Of a stretch of DNA of 36,412 bases, positions 27,439 to 36,064 are shown in pieces. The notes under the pieces are model-generated. The model was given only the letters and a program-made list of their open reading frames with translations. It did not search any database and was not told where the DNA came from. The translations under genes were made by a program, and so were the position numbers. The stretch is from the sequence record SRR20825006_1111; one strand, given 5' to 3'. Within the stretch, counting starts at the first letter, position 1; every line of letters starts with the position of its first letter.

Positions 27439-28557
27439 TCAAAGCCCCAGACGCTCTGACTTTGGAGCGTCCTTGAGCGCAACCCAGCCGCCGACTTCCA
27501 TGCTCCGGTAAAGGGCGTGCAGGAAAGCCAGCGCCTTGCTGCCTTCATCCACCGAAACAGGCACATCCGTCTTTCCGGCCCGCCAATAGTCGATGACTTC
27601 GCGAATATAGGGGCCGTGCCCCAAGCCATAGCTGGTCGGCACTTCCTGGGAAAATGTCGCCTGCACACCCTCGTCACCGGCTTGCGGCTCGATCGATTCC
27701 CATGTCTCGACCAGATTGATCGCCCGACCGCCGACCTTAGCGAGGGCCTTGTCGCCGACAATATGGAGAGAAGCCTCAAAATCCCGCGGACGCGCCGCCG
27801 TCGTGGCTTCGATCGTGCCCATGGCACCATTCTCGAAACGAACGATCGCGGTCGCCGTATCCTCGGCCTCCAGTTTGTTGATCACGGCCCTGCCCTGGGC
27901 GCAAACCGCCTCGATCGGCCCGCCGAGCCAGCGCATTGCATCGATATGATGGATAGCCTGCTGGGACAGCACCCCTCCATCCATCCGCCAACGGCCATGC
28001 CAGGGGTCATCGTAATAGGATTGGTCCCGGCTCCAGTGCACCCGGATACCAACGGAAACCAGCTTGCCGAACCGGCCCTCATCCATCGCGCTGCGCAGGA
28101 ACCGCATCGCCGGATTGTAGCGGTTCTGTTTGATTTCAGCGCAGATCAAGCCGCGTTCACGGGCGATCCGGGACAGCTCCTCGGCATGCTCAAGTCGCAA
28201 GGCCACCGGCTTTTCGACGATCACGTTGATGCCGGCCTCAAGCGCCTTCTTCGCATGCTCATAATGATTGCCCGACTCGGTCAGGATGCAGAGGAGATCA
28301 GGTTTTTCCGCAAGCAGCGCATCCATGTCGGCAACGACAGGGCTGCCGCCAATATCGCCGGCGAAGGATTCCGATTTGGACCGGTCGAGATCCGTCACCG
28401 CCACGACATCGGCGATGTCCGTCAATTCGTCCCGGAAAACCTCACGGTATCGCGCCGAAACCCGACCGCATCCCAGAACTCCGACTCGGGCACGATTTGC
28501 CCTGCTCGCTTCCATCCTCACCATACTCCGCTTAATGCTTACCAGGCCCCCATGCAT
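27439..28557 (-). CDS. Gfo/Idh/MocA oxidoreductase, WlbA/WbpB-like NDP-sugar dehydrogenase
   Basis: GVLGCGRVS, ILTESGNH, VEKPVAL, QNRYNP, WSRDQSYY..W.G.W.MDGGVL.QQAIHHID. The true start is probably one of the later ATGs (MVRMEASR). Confidence 0.88.
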   Translation of the reverse strand: MHGGLVSIKRSMVRMEASRANRARVGVLGCGRVSARYREVFRDELTDIADVVAVTDLDRSKSESFAGDIGGSPVVADMDALLAEKPDLLCILTESGNHYEHAKKALEAGINVIVEKPVALRLEHAEELSRIARERGLICAEIKQNRYNPAMRFLRSAMDEGRFGKLVSVGIRVHWSRDQSYYDDPWHGRWRMDGGVLSQQAIHHIDAMRWLGGPIEAVCAQGRAVINKLEAEDTATAIVRFENGAMGTIEATTAARPRDFEASLHIVGDKALAKVGGRAINLVETWESIEPQAGDEGVQATFSQEVPTSYGLGHGPYIREVIDYWRAGKTDVPVSVDEGSKALAFLHALYRSMEVGGWVALKDAPKSERLGL

Positions 28558-28582
28558 AGGGCGGCCCCATCATATTATCTCG

Positions 28583-29599
28583 TCAGACTTTTTCATCGTC
28601 ACCCAAATAGGCGAACCAGGTTTTTGTCGCATCCGCGATTGAATCCGGATCCCAGAGCGGGGCATCCTTCCAGCGTTCGATATCCGCCAGCATACGGGCT
28701 ACGCCATCCTCAAAGGAAATTTCCGGCTCCCAGCCCAGTTCACCCTGCAGCTTGGAAATATCCGCCCAGGTTACATCGGGCTCACCCGGCCGCTTCGGAA
28801 CATAAACGACCTCGCCGCCGATCAGTTCGACAAGCCGATTGATGGATTGCGGGTTTCCGCCGCCGGCATTGTAGATTTCACCGGATTTCTCGGTCAGCGC
28901 GGCGGCATGAAATGCGCGCGCCAAGTCAGAAGCATAGATGAAATCCCGCCGCTGCGTGCCGTCGCCAACGACCGTGAAGGGTTTACCCGCGAGTTTCTGG
29001 CGCAGGAAAACACCAAAGACAGCACCATACGCACCCGTTGTCCGAACCCGCGTGCCGTATGCATTGAAGATCCGCACCGAGTTGGCCGGCAGCCCATAGA
29101 CCTGATGCCAATGCAAGACCGCCTGCTCACCCTGATATTTGCTGAGAGCATAGGGATATTGCGGCTGTGCGGGATGCTGCTCGGTGGTCGGCGTGTCCGC
29201 CAGTCCGTAACAGGATGAAGACGCAGCATAGACCAGCTTCTCGACATTCGCCTCCCGCGCGCATTCGAGAACATGGACGGTGCCTTGCGCATTCGTCGCC
29301 ATATAATCGATAGGTCGCTCGATCGACGGCACAATGTCGCCGATTCCGGCAAAGTGATAGACGAAATGAGCGCCTTCAAAGGCGGGCCGCATGGACTCGA
29401 TGTCCCGGATGTCCGCCTCAAAGATCTTCAGGTCCGGATTGTCCGCATGGTGCTTTAGATTAGAGCGATGCCCGCCGACGAAATTGTCGACCACATGTAC
29501 ACGGAACCCTTCGGACAACAGAAGGTCGACCATATGACTCCCGATGAAACCGGCACCACCAGTGACGACCGCTGTATACGCCTTATGCACTTGGCTCAT
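28583..29599 (-). CDS. NAD-dependent epimerase/dehydratase (extended SDR)
   Basis: TGGAGFIGSH, YAASSSCYG, YALSK, RIFNAYG, GDGTQRRDF. Start reassigned to ATG 29599 (RBS GAGGGA) rather than 29713. Confidence 0.92.
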   Translation of the reverse strand: MSQVHKAYTAVVTGGAGFIGSHMVDLLLSEGFRVHVVDNFVGGHRSNLKHHADNPDLKIFEADIRDIESMRPAFEGAHFVYHFAGIGDIVPSIERPIDYMATNAQGTVHVLECAREANVEKLVYAASSSCYGLADTPTTEQHPAQPQYPYALSKYQGEQAVLHWHQVYGLPANSVRIFNAYGTRVRTTGAYGAVFGVFLRQKLAGKPFTVVGDGTQRRDFIYASDLARAFHAAALTEKSGEIYNAGGGNPQSINRLVELIGGEVVYVPKRPGEPDVTWADISKLQGELGWEPEISFEDGVARMLADIERWKDAPLWDPDSIADATKTWFAYLGDDEKV

Positions 29600-29718
29600 T
29601 CCCTCTGCACGGTTGAATTCCTGAGGCTCACACCCGATAACGACCTGAGTAACACAAGCGGTGACAGAATTTACAGACTGCTGCTTGATAATAAGACAAT
29701 TTCGAGGGTTCAAAGGGC

Positions 29719-30177
29719 ATGGCAGTTAAATGGGTTCTGGAATCAGATCTGGTATTCCTTGAACCAGCAGTGCGTTTTGCGCGCCTAAGCCCCAATGCCA
29801 TCCGTGAATATGTCGGCGACACGAAGATTGGCGCCCTGGCCTACCCGGCTCCTTTTTGCCAACAGTCTTCAGACTGGATGCGCGCGCTCTCCCATATCGT
29901 GGGCAGAAATCGCGACTACTCCCTCTATCTGGTAAAAGTCAGCTCCGATAATGACCGGAAGGAACTCAGCCGGACCCGCATTGTTCCGACACTCGATACC
30001 GAGACGCTGGACCTTCTCCGTCAGATAAACCAATCGGAAACCGATGAGCTTGAATCGCAGAGCAAACGGATTTCGGCTGCGATGGAGCGCTTACGGGAGC
30101 GTGCCAAATTCGCTCTGACAGACGATCTGTCAGAGCTGTATGATCCTGATCAGCACGATCTTGATCTTCAAAAGTAA
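29719..30177 (+). CDS. Hypothetical protein (152 aa, helical acidic C-terminus)
   Basis: ATG with upstream GAGGG/AAAGGG, occupies otherwise empty space divergent from the epimerase. No motif recognised. Confidence 0.55.
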   Translation: MAVKWVLESDLVFLEPAVRFARLSPNAIREYVGDTKIGALAYPAPFCQQSSDWMRALSHIVGRNRDYSLYLVKVSSDNDRKELSRTRIVPTLDTETLDLLRQINQSETDELESQSKRISAAMERLRERAKFALTDDLSELYDPDQHDLDLQK

Positions 30178-30317
30178 ATTTTTCCGTGCATCCCGATGCT
30201 GAAAGGATGCGCGGCTTGAACGATGGAACGGCTTGGACTAATTCAAGGTAGGCAATACACGCGCTTCAAGCAGATGCGTTTGATCGCCCCTCACAAAACC
30301 CTCAAAGGTCTTCTCGG

Positions 30318-30695
30318 ATGAAAAAATTCGTCTTGCTTCTGATACTCTGCACTGGCCTTGCGGCCTGCAATTCGGAAGAGGAAACCGTCGACGGACGCTG
30401 GGTCGGCACGATCTCAGCTGAGGACCGGGTTGACCTCAGGATCGAAGGACAGCGTCCCGACGACCAGTTTGTCGTGATCTTCAAGCCCGGGCAGGTTCGT
30501 CTGAATGATACGGTCCGCCCCGTCGAATACCTCTCCAACAACGGGCGGACGATCGTGCATTTCAAGGACGAGAACCGGGCATTGACGGTCTATCACGAGG
30601 AAGAAGACCCGAAGACAATCGAACTCAACGCTGTCAGCTATTTTCGGGGCAAGGTTCACCGCTTTACGCTGCATCGAGCGCCGGACGAGCAATAA
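30318..30695 (+). CDS. Small lipoprotein of unknown function
   Basis: MKK + hydrophobic stretch + lipobox LAAC, beta-rich mature part. Confidence 0.8.
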   Translation: MKKFVLLLILCTGLAACNSEEETVDGRWVGTISAEDRVDLRIEGQRPDDQFVVIFKPGQVRLNDTVRPVEYLSNNGRTIVHFKDENRALTVYHEEEDPKTIELNAVSYFRGKVHRFTLHRAPDEQ

Positions 30696-30718
30696 CAGGT
30701 TAAAAGCGGCCAACGATA

Positions 30719-31924
30719 ATGCCCCCCTCGCAAAGTCATGTCGGGATTGCCTGGCATCTCGATCAGCTCTCCGGGTGGGGTAATTACGGCTATCAGATAA
30801 TCAAGCATATGTGCCTTGGCACGGAATACAGGCCGGTCTTGCTTGAGGACCGGGACGACGGTTTCAGCGACTCAATAGAAAAGGCGCTGATCGACAGGCG
30901 GCTGGATGAGCCACTGAAAACGAACCCGGGCCTGGTCGAGCGGATGATTAGCATCCGCCGGAAAGCCTTCATCCCAATCCTTCACGCGCTCGGCGAGGAT
31001 GCAAGGCCCGCATTTTCAAAACGTTCGGCCGGGATCGTCGGCTCGACGAACCACGCTCTTACATTCTTCGAGAATGGCAATATTTCCGAGATATCCCGGG
31101 ACATCTACAATCGGTTCGAAAGTGTCACTGCCGGTTCCTCCTGGAACGCCGATCTGCTCGCCGGGAACCGGGTCCGCAATGTCGAGATGTGTATACAGGG
31201 AATAGATCCATCCCGCTTTCATCCGGCGCCCAATCGTAACCTCTTTCCTGACCGCTTCGTCATATATGCCGGAGGGAAAATGGAATTCCGCAAAGGTCAG
31301 GATATTGTCCTTCGCGCGATTTCAAAGTTCATTGAAACACACGACGATGCCTTGCTGATTTGCGTCTGGGGAAACAAATGGGCAAATAGCAACGGCTACC
31401 GCTGGTTTGCCAATTCTCCACATATTGAAAACCCGCCCCGCCCAAAATCGGGTACTAACGTCGACCTATTGCGCTGGTTCGAAACCTTCGGCCTGCGGCA
31501 AAGGCATGTCATGGCATTCAACCACTATCCCCATGCGGACACTCCGGGCCTGATCCGTGAGGCCGATGTCGCCGTCTTCGCCAATCGATGCGAGGGCGGA
31601 ACCAATCTCGTCGCCATGGAAACAATGGCCTGCGGCATCCCCACGATCATCTCCAAGAATACAGGGCATCTTGACATCATATTTGATGGAGCCTGCCTGC
31701 CTCTGACGGATCAGCGGCAGGTCGTCATCGACGAGGCCGGATACGACGCCAGTCACTGGGGCGAATCATCGGTCGATGAAATTATCGCGCATCTTGAATT
31801 CGCCTACGATCAGCGAGAAAAAGCACGCTCCATTGGCGCTGCGGGTGCCCGGAAAATGCAAAAATTCACCTGGGACAAACAGGTAGGACACTTGATACAG
31901 GGCCTGAAAAAACATGGCCTCTGA
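30719..31924 (+). CDS. GT4 glycosyltransferase
   Basis: SGWGNYG, QGIDPSRFHP, GGKMEFRKGQD, NRCEGGTNLVAMETMACG. Confidence 0.88.
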   Translation: MPPSQSHVGIAWHLDQLSGWGNYGYQIIKHMCLGTEYRPVLLEDRDDGFSDSIEKALIDRRLDEPLKTNPGLVERMISIRRKAFIPILHALGEDARPAFSKRSAGIVGSTNHALTFFENGNISEISRDIYNRFESVTAGSSWNADLLAGNRVRNVEMCIQGIDPSRFHPAPNRNLFPDRFVIYAGGKMEFRKGQDIVLRAISKFIETHDDALLICVWGNKWANSNGYRWFANSPHIENPPRPKSGTNVDLLRWFETFGLRQRHVMAFNHYPHADTPGLIREADVAVFANRCEGGTNLVAMETMACGIPTIISKNTGHLDIIFDGACLPLTDQRQVVIDEAGYDASHWGESSVDEIIAHLEFAYDQREKARSIGAAGARKMQKFTWDKQVGHLIQGLKKHGL

Positions 31925-33017
31925 AGGCAGCCTTCCCCTATGCGTTCATGCTCTTGGCTGGTTTGAGGGGCGCTTCGGATACAATACGCACACACGGAAT
32001 TTCTTTGACCGGCTTTCCCGCCTGCAATCCGTTACCACCTCCCCGATGATAGGACTTGAGGGGGCGTGGGAAGAGGACAGACAGTTACTCCTGCACGTAC
32101 CGAAGCTGACCCCCCATGCAACAATTGCTCTCCTGTACGGTAATCTCATGGGTATTCTCGACGACGCACCGGGGCGGCGTATCGCCTATACCGTCTGGGA
32201 ATCCACCAAATATCCTGACGACTGGATCGGGCCTCTTTCACGAGCGGACGAGATTTGGATCCCCAGCAAATGGGGGCGGGATGTCCTGATCGACAATGGT
32301 CTTCCGGCTGAACGGATTCATGTTGTCCCGGAAGGCGTGGACCCGATCCTGTTCAACCCGGACATTACCCCAACCGAAGCATTGAAAAATTTCAACGGAT
32401 TCAAGTTCCTCAATATCGGCCGTTACGAGGAACGCAAGGGAACCGCCAAGCTGATCAAGTGCTTTGACCGGGCATTCGGAAGCAATGACGACGCTGTTCT
32501 GGTTCTTGCCTGTGACAATCAGCACGATCCCGATTTCAATATCGGAAAAATTCTGCGGGGTCTTGAATTGCAGCACCCGGAACGCATCGCCTTTATCCCG
32601 CCGGTCCGGTCTCATGCGCGCCTTGCAGAAATATACCGGTCCTGTGACGCCTTCGTTTCGCCTTTCCGCGCGGAAGGGTGGGGGCTGCCCGTGATTGAGG
32701 CCATGGCTTGCGGCCTACCGGTCATCGCAACAGGCTATAGCGGCCCGACCGAATTCCTTGGCGACACGGCTTACTCAATAGACTTCAGATTGACCGATAT
32801 CGATATTCCTTACTTCGATGCATCGGACAGCAACTATGGCCAGTGGGCTGATCCTGACGAGGATCATATGATCGCCCTGATGCGCGAAGTCTATGCGGAG
32901 CGGGAAGCAGCCAAACGGCGCGGGCTGCAAGGCTCAAGCCATGTTATTGAAAATTTCAGCTGGGATCACGCGGCGCAAAAAGCTGCAACCCGGCTAGATG
33001 AAGCAATTTCCCGCTAA
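31914..33017 (+). CDS. GT4 glycosyltransferase
   Basis: YTVWEST, WIPSKWG, VPEGVD, IGRYEERKG, FRAEGWGLPVIEAMACG. Overlaps the upstream gene by 11 nt. Confidence 0.92.
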   Translation: MASEGSLPLCVHALGWFEGRFGYNTHTRNFFDRLSRLQSVTTSPMIGLEGAWEEDRQLLLHVPKLTPHATIALLYGNLMGILDDAPGRRIAYTVWESTKYPDDWIGPLSRADEIWIPSKWGRDVLIDNGLPAERIHVVPEGVDPILFNPDITPTEALKNFNGFKFLNIGRYEERKGTAKLIKCFDRAFGSNDDAVLVLACDNQHDPDFNIGKILRGLELQHPERIAFIPPVRSHARLAEIYRSCDAFVSPFRAEGWGLPVIEAMACGLPVIATGYSGPTEFLGDTAYSIDFRLTDIDIPYFDASDSNYGQWADPDEDHMIALMREVYAEREAAKRRGLQGSSHVIENFSWDHAAQKAATRLDEAISR

Positions 33018-33022
33018 CCCGG

Positions 33023-33943
33023 TCACAAGCTCGCCAGGGCGTTCCAGGCTCGATAATTTGCAGAAAAAGTCACTCTCGCGCTCGCCTGCTCGGCAGTCGA
33101 CATCGCCTGCTTCCGCATGCCTGAAAGCGCAGGATCTGCATTTTGGTAGCAACGAATAAGATCGATAAGCTGAAGTGCGATCTTCTCCGGTGTAACGCTG
33201 TCCACCCAAACGCCATTTTCCGCAGAAGCTATTCCCGTAAGGCCGCCTCCATGGTCCGCGAACGGAAGCAGCCCGGCCGCCATGGCGTCAAGAAGTGGCA
33301 ACGCAGAGCCGGAAAGCGGACGAAGAGCAAACAGGATATCGCATGCCGGAAGATTCTCCTGCCAGCCCGACGGATCGCTGAAATTCAGCTCAACCCACTC
33401 TATGCCGGCAAAATCTTTATCCATCCGGGAAACATATCCCTGGACGAATTTGACAGTGGCGCTTCGGTGCGAGAGATACCCAATCCGTGGCAAGCGGCCT
33501 TCTATCGGCTCGTCCCGCTTTCCTTCAATAACATAATGTGTCGCGACATTAAGTGTGCCGAGCTTTTGTCCGTGCGGATAATGCCTGATGTTTTTTTCAT
33601 GCGCCGCCCCGGGAACCAGTAATGCGGCAACCTTATGCTGGGCCCTGATCCAGCATTGAGAGGCTTCCCAAAAAACATACGGGTTCCAAAGTACAGGAGC
33701 CAGCAGGCGGGTCTCTCCGGCTCCTTCCTCCAGGAGAGGAGCTATCGCTGCATGCGCGCCCAGATCAAAAACAAAAACCGGCTGGCGGGCTCCTTCAACA
33801 GCGTCTTTGTCATTCGCTCGCACCAGACGCGCCTGCAATCCGGCCTCAGTGAGCAGATCCACCTGCGACTGATAGAATCTGCGTTTTTCCTCTTTCCAGT
33901 CCTCATCGTCGGTGAGGACAAACACGATCTCGCGGCGGCTCAT
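33023..33943 (-). CDS. GT4-like protein with degenerate nucleotide-sugar-binding motif; paralogue of the upstream gene
   Basis: SGSALPLLDAMAAG...HGGG...ASAENGVW aligns with EGLGLPPLEAMRAG...HGGG...ATPENGIW of 33940..34887. ATGA overlap. Confidence 0.7.
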   Translation of the reverse strand: MSRREIVFVLTDDEDWKEEKRRFYQSQVDLLTEAGLQARLVRANDKDAVEGARQPVFVFDLGAHAAIAPLLEEGAGETRLLAPVLWNPYVFWEASQCWIRAQHKVAALLVPGAAHEKNIRHYPHGQKLGTLNVATHYVIEGKRDEPIEGRLPRIGYLSHRSATVKFVQGYVSRMDKDFAGIEWVELNFSDPSGWQENLPACDILFALRPLSGSALPLLDAMAAGLLPFADHGGGLTGIASAENGVWVDSVTPEKIALQLIDLIRCYQNADPALSGMRKQAMSTAEQASARVTFSANYRAWNALASL

Positions 33944-34887
33944 TGCTCAGCACCCAAAAACGATCGCCAGAAAGCCAGCAGCTCAGCCTCCATGCTTTCC
34001 TTTTGGTATAGAGCCGCCGTCCGCCGGCCGGCCGCGATCATGTCGGAATAGGCACCCGGATCCTGCTTCAACCTGTCGATGGCTTCGGCGGCGAGTCCGG
34101 CGAGCCCGTCGGGTGTCGCCTGATCGTACCAGATACCGTTTTCCGGCGTTGCGTAATCCAGCCCGCCACCGCCGTGATACCCGATCACGATACAACCGGC
34201 CCGCATCGCCTCAAGCGGCGGAAGCCCAAGCCCTTCATGCCCGCTCAATGACAGAAAGATAGCGCTTTCCGCCATGATCCGTGCAACCTCGTCAGGGTGC
34301 ATATTATTGATACTGACAAATTTGATCTGTGCGTGTTCGCGATGCAGATACCGCAAATGATAGATCACAGTTCCCGCTTCGGTCAGCCGCTTCCGCGGCA
34401 TGTAGCAAATCTGGAGTTTTTTGGCTGGTTCCGGGACTTCCTTCTGCATGATGCAAGGGCGGAGAACAATCGGGTTGGTCACCCCATGCACATCACGAAG
34501 ATAGGCCGCCGCAGGCTCGGAAACACAGATAAACGCATCAATCGGAAAATCCGAAAGTCGCTCAGACGGTTCGAGATACTGATCGAGGAAATAATGGTTC
34601 TGGCAGAAAAACACCTTCCGCAAGGGCATTGAGACAATTCGCTCGAAATGCCGTCTCGGTATGGAATCGTGCAAGACGGCCACGTCACCTTTGGAAACAC
34701 TAAACTTGTTACCGTCGACGATTGGCACGGTGGGCGATAACCAGTCCGGCCGTTCGCCCTTAAGCGTCGTCGAAATCTTTGCATCATATCCGGCCCGCAC
34801 AAGGGCCTCGACATGTGCAGCCTGAACCATCACTCCCCCGACAGGGGTCTGCAAATTCTCAATCGACAGATAGATGATCTGGCTCAT
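33940..34887 (-). CDS. GT4 glycosyltransferase
   Basis: PVGGVMV, FCQNHY, CYMPRKR, SLSGHEGLGLPPLEAMRAGC. Confidence 0.88.
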   Translation of the reverse strand: MSQIIYLSIENLQTPVGGVMVQAAHVEALVRAGYDAKISTTLKGERPDWLSPTVPIVDGNKFSVSKGDVAVLHDSIPRRHFERIVSMPLRKVFFCQNHYFLDQYLEPSERLSDFPIDAFICVSEPAAAYLRDVHGVTNPIVLRPCIMQKEVPEPAKKLQICYMPRKRLTEAGTVIYHLRYLHREHAQIKFVSINNMHPDEVARIMAESAIFLSLSGHEGLGLPPLEAMRAGCIVIGYHGGGGLDYATPENGIWYDQATPDGLAGLAAEAIDRLKQDPGAYSDMIAAGRRTAALYQKESMEAELLAFWRSFLGAEQ

Positions 34888-34908
34888 CAGGCGGTTCCGT
34901 TCACGGCA

Positions 34909-36060
34909 TCACGAATCGAAGAACACTTTTGATCCGATTTGCCTGAAAGGCGGCGCATCACGAAGGATCCGGAGGATGCGATCCGTAGCATGCCCGTCCC
35001 CATATGGGCTTACCGTTTCACGACAATCCATCCCAAGCCCTTGATCGATCGCATTCAAGATTGCACCACGCTCCGGCGCGCAATCAATGACAGAGGCCGC
35101 TTTCAGGCGGCCGTCCTGCCGGGTGCCGATATTGACCGTCGGTATGCCGAAAGACGGCGCTTCATAGAGTCCGCTGGACGAATTACCCACAACCATCGAG
35201 GCGTGGCGCAATGCCGAGAGATAGAGTAACTGGCCGAGCGACTCGCGGGCAATGATCCGTGGTGAACGCGCGGCCGTCTCCATCAAGGCCTGGTTGAGAG
35301 CCGCACCGCCACTATCGGCATTGGCATAGGTGACAAGCGACACGTGATCCTCCGGAAGCGCCTCAAGCGCGGCCAGAAGTTCACCAAACTGCTCCACGGG
35401 CGAGCCTTTGTCCGCCGTCGCCGGATGGAAGGTCACAACGAGCAGATGCTTGTCGAGCGGTGCGCCGACTCGCCGCTCCACCTCGTCTTTCGACAGCAGC
35501 TCAAGAGAGCGGATCGAGTCGAGTGCCGGCGTTCCCGTCGTATGCACATTCGCCGGATCTTCCCCCATCCGGACCAAACGGGCGCTGGCCTCGTCATTGG
35601 TGGTGAAATGCAGGTTCGAGAATTTCGAGATCGCGTGCCTCAACCCGTCATCAAGCGAGCCTGACGTGACATCGCCACCGGCAATATGCGCAATGGGAAT
35701 ATTCAGCAGGTAGGCAGCCGACGCAGCGGCAAAGGTTTCGAAACGGTCCCCCAGCAACAGTACGAGATCCGGCCGCTTCAGACTCCATGCTTTGGTGAAA
35801 CCGGCCATCCCGGCACTGGTCGACAGCGCAACCTCTTCATGAGAGCCGCCCGTCGTCTGGCAATCGATCCTGCTGGCAATCTCGAAACCGGCAGCCATGA
35901 CCTCTTCGACTGTGTGTCCGAACCGGGGCGACAAATGCATGCCCGTAACATAGAGATCGAGCGTGAAACCCGGCTCCGCGAGGATGGCATCCAGAACCGG
36001 TTTCTGGATGCCGAAATCAGCGCGGCTGCCTGTCACACCGGCAATGATCTGACGCTGCAT
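34909..36060 (-). CDS. neuC: Hydrolysing NDP-N-acetylhexosamine 2-epimerase (NeuC/LegG)
   Basis: VTGSRADFG, TGMHLSPRFGHT, LLGDRFE, AHIAGGD, RHAISK, VTFHP, GNSSSGLYEAPSF, NIGTRQDGR, YGDG. Confidence 0.93.
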   Translation of the reverse strand: MQRQIIAGVTGSRADFGIQKPVLDAILAEPGFTLDLYVTGMHLSPRFGHTVEEVMAAGFEIASRIDCQTTGGSHEEVALSTSAGMAGFTKAWSLKRPDLVLLLGDRFETFAAASAAYLLNIPIAHIAGGDVTSGSLDDGLRHAISKFSNLHFTTNDEASARLVRMGEDPANVHTTGTPALDSIRSLELLSKDEVERRVGAPLDKHLLVVTFHPATADKGSPVEQFGELLAALEALPEDHVSLVTYANADSGGAALNQALMETAARSPRIIARESLGQLLYLSALRHASMVVGNSSSGLYEAPSFGIPTVNIGTRQDGRLKAASVIDCAPERGAILNAIDQGLGMDCRETVSPYGDGHATDRILRILRDAPPFRQIGSKVFFDS

Positions 36061-36064
36061 GCCG

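Noticed and set aside
27517-28842. 441-aa plus-strand ORF
   Set aside because: Lies antisense to the Gfo/Idh/MocA and epimerase genes and is Arg/Pro-rich with no domain signature.
29600-29713. 38-aa N-terminal extension of the epimerase in the ORF track
   Set aside because: A better ATG with RBS is at 29599, and the extension would occupy the divergent promoter region.
30184-30214. Hairpin CCGTGCATCC...GGATGCGCGG after the 152-aa ORF as a terminator
   Set aside because: 11-nt loop and no U-tract following on either strand, so too weak to call.
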